Shown one piece after another: positions 7,930-14,953 of a stretch of 24,727 nt of DNA. The stretch spans positions 1 to 24,727 of IMG/VR virus record IMGVR_UViG_3300033412_000060, one strand, 5' to 3'. Position 1 is the first letter of the stretch; the number at the start of each line of letters is the position of its first letter. The position numbers and the translations under genes were made by a program. The stretch is from a virus (lineage: Duplodnaviria > Caudoviricetes). Under the pieces are notes generated by a model, which made no database searches, was not told where the DNA came from, and was given only the letters and a program-made list of their open reading frames with translations.

Positions 7930-8100
7930 CCGGCTAACTATCCTGGGTCGAGTGACGACCGTAAAGCCCCTGGGAAGCGGAGAGGTAGATGGAACCCGCA
8001 AATCTGCAACCCGAGGGGCAGGTGAAAGGCAAAGGAGGCGCGCAGCGCCATTGGTCAGACGGGGTGGGTATTCGCGCTAGTCGCATCTGTTGCCCACCCC
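7925..8100 (+). ncRNA. candidate multi-branched structured RNA (unassigned family)
   Basis: Closing stem TCTGACCGG/TTGGTCAGA encloses three helices and is followed by GGGGTGGGTA/TGCCCACCCC; the whole gap between SSB and the next gene is pairable. Confidence 0.45.
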
Positions 8101-8121
8101 ACAACAATTAGGAGAACTACA

Positions 8122-8349
8122 ATGGGCCTGTTTTCACGTGACGAAGTAGTCGAGCGTCCTTTCGATGTGTTGAATTCCACCACCGAAGCGAAGATCGATC
8201 GGATGGACACGCTACTCCGCGAAATCAACGACATCTGGGCGGCGATGCCCCGCAACTATCGGCTTTGGATCGACTGGGATAGTCGTCCGCGCCGCTTGAC
8301 GCTGGTCGACAGCGTCCATATCGAGCGCAACATTATCGCGCCGAGGTAA
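8122..8349 (+). CDS. hypothetical phage protein
   Basis: 75 aa; AGGAGA SD; ends 4 nt before the polymerase ATG. Confidence 0.7.
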   Translation: MGLFSRDEVVERPFDVLNSTTEAKIDRMDTLLREINDIWAAMPRNYRLWIDWDSRPRRLTLVDSVHIERNIIAPR

Positions 8350-8353
8350 CAGC

Positions 8354-10201
8354 ATGAAAATCGAAGATTATATCGATCCGCAACTCACATTGGAGATTAT
8401 CCGCGATGAAAACAATCCTATCGCCTTTGACACGGAAACTACTGGGCTCGAACGCTCTGACCTCGTCTGCGGTTGGGTCGTCACCAACGCTGACTATTCC
8501 CTTTACACCCCGGTCCGCCACGAAGCCGGTGGAAACATACCCGACGTCGACGATTTCGAACGACAGCTAGCCGCTGCTTTCGCCGAAAGATCGCGGCTTG
8601 GCTACCGCACCACTGGCCACAATCTTGGCTTCGATCTGCGTATGAGCCTCAAGCACGGCGTCCGTTTGTGGTCGCCGCTGGAAGATACGATGATTAACGA
8701 GGCTATCATCTATGACCGCACGGTCGGATATGGCCTCGACGACTGCGCGATACGCCGAAAAGTCACCCCCAAGAAGGGCGACGAGTTGTATCGGGCCATC
8801 GCACAGCGTTTCGGCGGGTTGCCGGATCGCTCGTCGATGAAGAACTTTTGGCGGATGCCGGGCGACAATCCGCTGGTGCTCGATTACGCCACGGGTGATG
8901 GCGTGACCACGCTCGAACTGTGGCACAAGCAGCAGCCGCTAATCGACGCAGTTGATGGGCGTGTTCCATGGCAGCTGGAGTGCGACCTACTGCCCTACCT
9001 CGCCCGCATGCACCACCGTGGAATGCGCATAGACATGAACTATGCGCAGACCGTTATGGAGCGGATGAAGGAAGAAATAACAGCGGCGCTCACGTCGTTT
9101 CCGGCTGGTTTCAATCCACGGTCACCCAAGGAAGTCGAGACGCTGTTCCGGGCCAATGGGTTCAGCGACGCCGACTTCGCCAAAACCGACACCGGCAAGT
9201 GGTCGTTCACCGAAAAATGGCTCCAAACCAACGAGATCGGCAAGTCCATCCTTTCGGTGAGGCAACGCGAGAACGCCCGTGACAAGTTCATATTGCCGAT
9301 GATCGAGCGGCAAAACCACAATGGGCGCATCCACCCGGTGCTAAATCAATCGAAGACGGATGAATTCGGTGTCGCGGGGCCTCGTCTATCCTGTTCTGAG
9401 CCCAACATGCAGGCACAGCCGAAACGCAATAAGGAAATCGGCAAGATCGTACGCCCACTGGTTATCCCCGACGACGGTATGCTGATCGAGGAAGGCGACT
9501 TCGTTCAGCAGGAGCCGCGCTTCTTCACCCATTATTCGCAGGACCCGGTGTTGCTCGATGGCTACCGCACCGAAACGCTGGACATTCACGACCGATCGTC
9601 TGAAATTCTACATATCGACCGCGACCATTCTAAGCGGCTGGGCCTCGGCATGTTGACGATGATGAGCCCCAAGACGCTGGCCGGTCACATGAATTATTCG
9701 ATTGAGGAAGCGCGGCGCGACCACCGCATGTTCCTGACCGACGCCTTCCCAATGATCAAGCAATTCCAGGACGACGCCAAGGCAGTGATGATTCAGCGCG
9801 GATACGTCCGGGACATTCTCGGTCGGCGCGCCTATCATAGCGGCGTCGATTGGGAGGCGTACAAGGCAGTCAGCCGGATCATTCAGAACAGCGGCGGCGA
9901 ACACATGAAGACGGCGCTTCTACGCGCTAATCAGTACGAGGACGCCTACCCCAATCTCATCCAGATGCTGCTGTCGATCCACGACTCTACGATCTGGCAG
10001 CGCGACCCCGGTCATAACCCGCGCGAATTGGTACGGCTGATCGAGAACGTGGTGCACGAGCCCCAGTTCAACCTTTCGGTGCCGATCCCCATCGAACTGG
10101 GTTCCGGGCTGAATTGGTCGGAAGCGTCATACAACAAACCGCATCTCAAGGATAAACACGGCTGGTTGCCGGGGTACCTTGACAAGTACGAGGCAGCGTG
10201 A
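8354..10201 (+). CDS. dpoZ: family A DNA polymerase with 3'-5' exonuclease, probable Z-incorporating DpoZ-type
   Basis: ExoI AFDTETTG, ExoII GHNLGFD, ExoIII YATGD; motif A DFVQQEPR; motif B R..SK..GLG; motif C IHDS. The DpoZ label is inferred from the linked purZ/datZ genes. Confidence 0.85.
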   Translation: MKIEDYIDPQLTLEIIRDENNPIAFDTETTGLERSDLVCGWVVTNADYSLYTPVRHEAGGNIPDVDDFERQLAAAFAERSRLGYRTTGHNLGFDLRMSLKHGVRLWSPLEDTMINEAIIYDRTVGYGLDDCAIRRKVTPKKGDELYRAIAQRFGGLPDRSSMKNFWRMPGDNPLVLDYATGDGVTTLELWHKQQPLIDAVDGRVPWQLECDLLPYLARMHHRGMRIDMNYAQTVMERMKEEITAALTSFPAGFNPRSPKEVETLFRANGFSDADFAKTDTGKWSFTEKWLQTNEIGKSILSVRQRENARDKFILPMIERQNHNGRIHPVLNQSKTDEFGVAGPRLSCSEPNMQAQPKRNKEIGKIVRPLVIPDDGMLIEEGDFVQQEPRFFTHYSQDPVLLDGYRTETLDIHDRSSEILHIDRDHSKRLGLGMLTMMSPKTLAGHMNYSIEEARRDHRMFLTDAFPMIKQFQDDAKAVMIQRGYVRDILGRRAYHSGVDWEAYKAVSRIIQNSGGEHMKTALLRANQYEDAYPNLIQMLLSIHDSTIWQRDPGHNPRELVRLIENVVHEPQFNLSVPIPIELGSGLNWSEASYNKPHLKDKHGWLPGYLDKYEAA

Positions 10202-10207
10202 TATAAT
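10179..10207 (+). promoter_or_regulatory. perfect-consensus sigma70 promoter P5 embedded in the polymerase 3' end
   Basis: TTGACA (10179-10184), 17-bp spacer ending in TGA (the polymerase stop), TATAAT (10202-10207). Confidence 0.75.
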
Positions 10208-10409
10208 GGCTACGAGACGCGAGGACGAGACATTCGAAGCGCGCATCGAGTACACGACGGCGAAAGCGCACCTAGTAGAACTGACGCTCGGCGGCAAGTA
10301 TTGGCTGCCGAAGTCGCAGATAGTCCACATGGACGAGCCGGACATCGACGGAAACCGTGTGTTCCAGGTGACCGGTTGGTGGTGGGAAAACAAACGAGAG
10401 GTCGACTGA
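10206..10409 (+). CDS. small hypothetical phage protein (T.KA.L...WLPKSQI motif)
   Basis: ATG 10206 follows the polymerase stop; TGATG coupling to the next gene. Confidence 0.7.
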   Translation: MATRREDETFEARIEYTTAKAHLVELTLGGKYWLPKSQIVHMDEPDIDGNRVFQVTGWWWENKREVD

Positions 10410-10630
10410 TGGCGAAGATACACGCGCTCGATAACGCAAAGGTCGGCCCCAAGGCGGTATTGGCCAGCGTGCTTGAAACTGTCGATGACACCGACAATGT
10501 GGTCATAGTGGTTGTCAAGTCAGACAGCACCGACATTCATTGGTCGTGGATGCCAACGCCTGTGTTGGCTTTTGCATCGGTGGCACTTCAACACGAGGCA
10601 ATGGTACAGGTGGCCCATGGCGAAGCTTGA
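10409..10630 (+). CDS. small hypothetical phage protein
   Basis: GAGAGG SD; ATG overlaps the previous TGA; 73 aa. Confidence 0.65.
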   Translation: MAKIHALDNAKVGPKAVLASVLETVDDTDNVVIVVVKSDSTDIHWSWMPTPVLAFASVALQHEAMVQVAHGEA

Positions 10631-11177
10631 GGCATATTACAAGGGCGAGATCGTCAAGGCTATCCAAGCAGCTGGCGGCTACGCTCGCCGCATCGAGGAT
10701 CAATTCGCCGTGGGTATCCCGGACTTGCTGCTCAAGCTGCCGGTCACCGAAATGACACTGGCGGAAGTCAAGCGGTTCAACGGCAATTTCTTCGCCTTGT
10801 CGCCGCGTCAATACGTCGAAGGGCAGCGGATCGTCAAGGCTGGTGGATTTTTCGCTACGGTCGGTATCGACATGCGCGACGAACGCACCTTCATCTGCGG
10901 CTTGCCTGCGGACAAAGATGGCAAATGCTATGCGGCCAAATGCATAGCCCAACAAAGCGGGGAGAAATTGCCCGCTCTATTTATAAGGTGGTACGATGAC
11001 GAAGTTGAACGACGGGCAGCAGCGCGAGAACGCACACAACATGTTGTACAACGCGGCGAAGATCATCACGACGCAGCGGGGCAACCAGCACGGCGGAGCC
11101 GAGAACTCGTTCCAGACGATCGGCGATCTGTGGACGACGCTGCTCAAGCAAGCAACGATACACCGCCGAGGTGGTGA
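10617..11177 (+). CDS. PD-(D/E)XK nuclease (VRR-NUC / Holliday junction resolvase-like)
   Basis: E near the N-terminus, RIED...GIPD, AEVK and LSPRQ motifs; AGGTGG SD before ATG 10617. The last ~60 codons overlap the next gene. Confidence 0.75.
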   Translation: MAKLEAYYKGEIVKAIQAAGGYARRIEDQFAVGIPDLLLKLPVTEMTLAEVKRFNGNFFALSPRQYVEGQRIVKAGGFFATVGIDMRDERTFICGLPADKDGKCYAAKCIAQQSGEKLPALFIRWYDDEVERRAAARERTQHVVQRGEDHHDAAGQPARRSRELVPDDRRSVDDAAQASNDTPPRW

Positions 11178-11589
11178 GGGCGAAATCGTTGCCATCGACG
11201 ACTTGCAGATCACCCCCGCCGACGTCGCCCATATGATGAACATCCTCAAGATCGCCCGCGCCATCCACGGCGACCCGCTCAACGAGGACAATTACGTCGA
11301 CGCGGCGGGCTATGCCGCTCTGGCCGGTTCGCTGTCGCTCGGCAACAAGGTCGTCGCCAAGATGTCCGACAAGGACGGCCCCACCGAAAAGGCGCAGCAA
11401 GCTGTCGACCAGCTGAAGGCCAAGCAGGAAGCGGACGACTCCAATCGCCGCAAGGAGTTGGAGTCAGCTATGGCAGAGCGTGACAAGATGGAGTCAGCTA
11501 GGGCAGAGCGTGACAAGATGGTACGCACCCTGGCAGCTGCGCAGCGTTCCCAGTCCATCGCTCCGCAGGTGGTCACCGATGGACAGTAA
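10996..11589 (+). CDS. DUF6378-like protein with C-terminal coiled-coil extension
   Basis: A..II...R...HG..ENSF..I..LW...DVA.MM..LKIAR...DNYVDAAGYAA pattern; AAGGTGG SD; overlaps the purZ start. Confidence 0.75.
   Translation: MTKLNDGQQRENAHNMLYNAAKIITTQRGNQHGGAENSFQTIGDLWTTLLKQATIHRRGGEGEIVAIDDLQITPADVAHMMNILKIARAIHGDPLNEDNYVDAAGYAALAGSLSLGNKVVAKMSDKDGPTEKAQQAVDQLKAKQEADDSNRRKELESAMAERDKMESARAERDKMVRTLAAAQRSQSIAPQVVTDGQ
11461..11520 (+). repeat. 30-bp tandem duplication (2 copies, 1 mismatch)
   Basis: GAGTCAGCTA[T/G]GGCAGAGCGTGACAAGATG twice, encoding ESAMAERDKM / ESARAERDKM. Confidence 0.95.
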
Positions 11590-12640
11590 GTTGTTTTTCG
11601 CTGATAGCGGGCTGCATATCATCGTCGACGGTCAGTTTGGGTCAACCGGCAAGGGCGCGCTCGCCGCGTTCCTTGCCGACACCGCTCTGTCGAACGACAT
11701 ACCACAATGGGGTGGGGTCATCAGCAATGCTGGTCCCAATTCCGGCCACACGTTCTACTACGTCGACACCAAGCACGTGCTCAAGCAGCTGCCGTCGTTC
11801 GCCGTCTATATGTCGCTAGCCGGCAACCACATCCCCGTTTATCTTTCGGCGGGGGCGGTGATCGACCCAATGATCCTCGCGGACGAGGCGAATCGCTATT
11901 CCAACGTCCCGATATTCGTCCACCCGCTCGCCGCTGTCGTCACCGACGCCGAAAAGGACGCCGAAAAGCAGGGGCCCATTGCGGCGGTGGCGGGGACCCG
12001 ATCGGGGACCGGTGCGGCGATCTCGCGCAAGATAATGCGCGACCCCACGGCAGTGTTTCAGGACTGGGAAGCCAACCACCCCGGCACGATGCCGAAGAAC
12101 GTCTACGTGATGTCGCACGACGGCTGGCACAATATGAAGCGCCAAATCATGGGCCAGCGCTTCTTTATGGAGATATCCCAGGGTTTTTCGCTGGGGATCA
12201 ACCAACGGTTCTACCCGAAATGCACCAGCCGGGAATGCACCGTGGCGCAGGGGCTGGCCGACGCTGGACTGCCGCCCGCTGCGGTGTCGCGCACATTCAT
12301 GGCGGTCCGCACTTATCCGATCCGCGTGGGCAACGTGGATGGTTTCGATAGCGGCGGTCATTACCGCGACCAGAAAGAAATCACCTGGGAGGAACTCGGC
12401 GTCGTTCCAGAATTGACCACGGTGACGCAACGCGTGCGGCGCGTCTTTACGTGGTCGCAAGAACAGTTCGAAGACGCGCTGCTGGCCAACAACCCCGACT
12501 TCGTGTTCTTCAACTTCGTCAATTATATGGGCCAGGTTCATGCTGAGGATTTTGCCATCCGTATGGGCGACATGGGGTTAAGATATGGGTTCGAGCCGCT
12601 ATGGGGCTACGGCCCCAAGGTGGAGGACGTAACATGGTAG
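11579..12640 (+). CDS. purZ: PurZ, N6-succino-2-amino-2'-deoxyadenylate synthase (adenylosuccinate synthetase paralog)
   Basis: DGQFGSTGKG with Ser22 in place of the PurA catalytic Asp (GDEGKG); GPNSGHT; QGFSL; YP.CTSREC; RTYPIRV; TTVT..RR; NFVNY in place of PurA TKLD. Start 11579 has an AGGTGG SD. Confidence 0.92.
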   Translation: MDSKLFFADSGLHIIVDGQFGSTGKGALAAFLADTALSNDIPQWGGVISNAGPNSGHTFYYVDTKHVLKQLPSFAVYMSLAGNHIPVYLSAGAVIDPMILADEANRYSNVPIFVHPLAAVVTDAEKDAEKQGPIAAVAGTRSGTGAAISRKIMRDPTAVFQDWEANHPGTMPKNVYVMSHDGWHNMKRQIMGQRFFMEISQGFSLGINQRFYPKCTSRECTVAQGLADAGLPPAAVSRTFMAVRTYPIRVGNVDGFDSGGHYRDQKEITWEELGVVPELTTVTQRVRRVFTWSQEQFEDALLANNPDFVFFNFVNYMGQVHAEDFAIRMGDMGLRYGFEPLWGYGPKVEDVTW

Positions 12641-12987
12641 CCCACCATTATCGGGACGACACCGAAAAGATCGACGCCATAATCAGCGACGCAAGGGGCG
12701 ACCAACCCGCAGTCACCATCGCGTTCAGGCTTGAGGGCGATATGGTGCAGTACGCGCACGACATTCGCCGCTTCGTCGACGCGATGCTGTACAAGCTCGA
12801 AAAGAATGCGCACAAAGGCCGCTGGTCTGGTCTTTCGGTGGACGAGGCATTCCAGCTGCTTCTTAAGGAAGTCGAGGAACTGCGCCGAGAAGTTGGCGGC
12901 AACAGCGTCAAGAACGTTCTTGAGGCAGCCGACGTCGCCAACTTCGCTATGATGATAGCCTCAATCGCAACGGAGCGAGGAAGATGA
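12634..12987 (+). CDS. MazG-like all-alpha dNTP pyrophosphohydrolase (probable MazZ role: dGTP/dATP to dNMP)
   Basis: KEVEEL...[11 protein letters not shown] fits the E-x-x-E...E-x-x-D metal-binding pattern; GGAGG SD before ATG 12634; lies between purZ and datZ. Confidence 0.7.
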   Translation: MVAHHYRDDTEKIDAIISDARGDQPAVTIAFRLEGDMVQYAHDIRRFVDAMLYKLEKNAHKGRWSGLSVDEAFQLLLKEVEELRREVGGNSVKNVLEAADVANFAMMIASIATERGR

Positions 12988-13538
12988 ACTCGATCTTCAA
13001 CGAACTAGACCATCGTCTCAGCGTCGTTAAGCGTTGGGGCATCCTCCACACTATTCAGACGCAGTCGGTGGCGGAGCACTGCTTCAACGTCGAGCGGATC
13101 GCCGTTCGGATCGCCAAAGAGTGGTTGGGCCACGATGGCATCGAAATGAAGTACTGGATCATGGAATGGGCGCACCGTCACGACGATCTGGAAGCGTTGA
13201 TGGGCGACCCGCCAACGATGGTCAAGCCCTATTTCAACGAGGCGCAAATGGCTGCCGATCATGACGATATGATCCCTGACAAAGGCCCGTACGACGACTA
13301 TGTGCGTAAAATAGTGAAACTAGCTGATCTGTTGGAGGGGTTCCACTTCATTTGTGTGGAAAGGTTGCTTGGTAATCGATACGTCGAAAACCACTTCCTG
13401 AATTATTTCATTGAAGTGCGCGACCATATCGATCGAAACTGGCCCGAAAACCCCGGTCCCATCAATAATTTTGCTGAAGACTTGATGCGTGATATGGAGA
13501 CTTCCATTTCAGTGCGTCATTCTAGGAGAGGTCGATGA
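12984..13538 (+). CDS. datZ: HD-domain dATP triphosphohydrolase DatZ (YfbR-like)
   Basis: VKRW...QSVAEH...HDDLE..GD.PT..K...IVKLADLLE is a complete YfbR/DatZ-type HD motif set; adjacent to purZ; ATGA overlaps at both ends. Confidence 0.85.
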   Translation: MNSIFNELDHRLSVVKRWGILHTIQTQSVAEHCFNVERIAVRIAKEWLGHDGIEMKYWIMEWAHRHDDLEALMGDPPTMVKPYFNEAQMAADHDDMIPDKGPYDDYVRKIVKLADLLEGFHFICVERLLGNRYVENHFLNYFIEVRDHIDRNWPENPGPINNFAEDLMRDMETSISVRHSRRGR

Positions 13539-14953
13539 CCAACTTTACACCGAAAGGGGCGCAGGCCGAGGCATTGGCGCGTTCGCGCGGGAAGACCGGT
13601 TTCGGCTTCTTCATGGAGCAGGGCCTCGGCAAGACGTCGACCACCGACGCGGACTTCTTGGAACACGTGTCGATGGGCGTCGTGTCCCGATCGGTGGTTT
13701 TTGCCCCCAACAGCTTCAAGGGCGGCTGGGCGGCGGAACAGGCCAAATTCGACTTCGGCATCGAGCCGCTGATCTACACGCCCGACAACGAGCGGTATAT
13801 CCGGTCAGCGATGCGGCGGGGGTTCAGTCGACCCCCGCAACTCATCGTCAACTACGAGGCGGCGCGCACCGAAAAGGCGCGACAGTTGATAAAGGACTTC
13901 TGCGAAGAACGGCCTACTTTCGGGGTGGCCGACGAGTCAATCAAGCTCAAGGACCATGACTCGCAAACCACCAAGTCCATCATCGAGCTTGGGCAATACA
14001 TGCCGTACACCCGCATTCTGTCGGGCAAGCCGATCACGCAAGGCCCACACGACCTGTGGGCGCAGATGCGGTTCATCAAGCAGCTGAGTGGCGTCAACTA
14101 CTACCAGTTCCGCAACGCATACTGCAAGATGGGCGGCTTCAAAGGCAAGTCCGTCGTAGGAGCGATGAATGAGGACATATTGGCTGCTCGTATCGATCCG
14201 CACGTATTCCGTGCGACGAAATCGGACTGGACCGATCTTCCGCCGAAAGTGTACACGCTGCGCGAGTATAAAATGTCAGCCGAACAGCTTTCGATGTACC
14301 GTTCGATGGAAGAAGACTTCGTATTATGGCTTTCCGATGAAGAAAACGTAAGCGTCGACGCCGCCATAACGAAGTACATCAAGCTGGCCCAAATCCAGGC
14401 CGGGTTCATCTTAGACGAGAATGGCAAAACGCGCTGGCTGGTCGACCCGGCGAAGAATGACCGCCTAAACACTGTGGAGGAAATCATCAATGATGAAATT
14501 GTCGGTAAGACGACAGTGGTTTATCGCCACCGGGCTGCGCTCGAAATGCTTTTGGAGCGATTTGCTTCCCTCAACCCCACATACATTAAAGGTGGCATGT
14601 CGCCAGAAGACGTTGAAGAACAGAAACGCATGTTTAACGAAGAAAAAGCGTCCCGCGTTATGTTCCTACAAACGGATGCGGCAAAGTACGGTCATACCCT
14701 ACTCGGTTTACCCGACCGTGAAAGTCATTGCTCATCGCAAATATTCTTTGAAACGTCTTACTCGTTGGACGCACGTTCGCAGATCGAAGACCGTTCGCAT
14801 CGTTACGGCCAGCTTGGCGACTGTATGTCGTACTTCGACATGTACGGCACTTCACTCGATCGTGACGTGGTCGCGGCGCTTCAGCGAAAAGAGTCAGTGT
14901 TCCAAGCCGTCTTCAGTTTGATTGGGAAGACTGGTGCTGGGCCTGCAGGATAA
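13535..14953 (+). CDS. SNF2-family (SF2) helicase
   Basis: FMEQGLGKT (Walker A), IVNYE, VADES (Walker B), [21 protein letters not shown] (motif VI). Confidence 0.9.
   Translation: MTNFTPKGAQAEALARSRGKTGFGFFMEQGLGKTSTTDADFLEHVSMGVVSRSVVFAPNSFKGGWAAEQAKFDFGIEPLIYTPDNERYIRSAMRRGFSRPPQLIVNYEAARTEKARQLIKDFCEERPTFGVADESIKLKDHDSQTTKSIIELGQYMPYTRILSGKPITQGPHDLWAQMRFIKQLSGVNYYQFRNAYCKMGGFKGKSVVGAMNEDILAARIDPHVFRATKSDWTDLPPKVYTLREYKMSAEQLSMYRSMEEDFVLWLSDEENVSVDAAITKYIKLAQIQAGFILDENGKTRWLVDPAKNDRLNTVEEIINDEIVGKTTVVYRHRAALEMLLERFASLNPTYIKGGMSPEDVEEQKRMFNEEKASRVMFLQTDAAKYGHTLLGLPDRESHCSSQIFFETSYSLDARSQIEDRSHRYGQLGDCMSYFDMYGTSLDRDVVAALQRKESVFQAVFSLIGKTGAGPAG

Noticed and set aside
7051-8001. 316-aa - strand ORF (similar cases: 3308..4051, 11816..12541, 23674..24531)
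   Set aside because: Antisense shadows of well-supported genes, expected with GC-biased codon usage.
7932-8019. c-di-GMP-I riboswitch resemblance (GGCTAA...GACCGTAAAGC)
   Set aside because: No GNRA tetraloop/receptor pair and the P1/P2 arrangement does not fit.
8354-10201. Polymerase pseudogene, given the degenerate motifs
   Set aside because: The ORF is intact, with catalytic Asp residues, exonuclease motifs and an SD retained.
11579-12640. Ordinary adenylosuccinate synthetase purA as an auxiliary metabolic gene, or GTP-using PurZ0
   Set aside because: The catalytic Asp is replaced by Ser, the guanine-specifying Asp motif is replaced by NFVNY, and datZ and MazG-like genes are adjacent.
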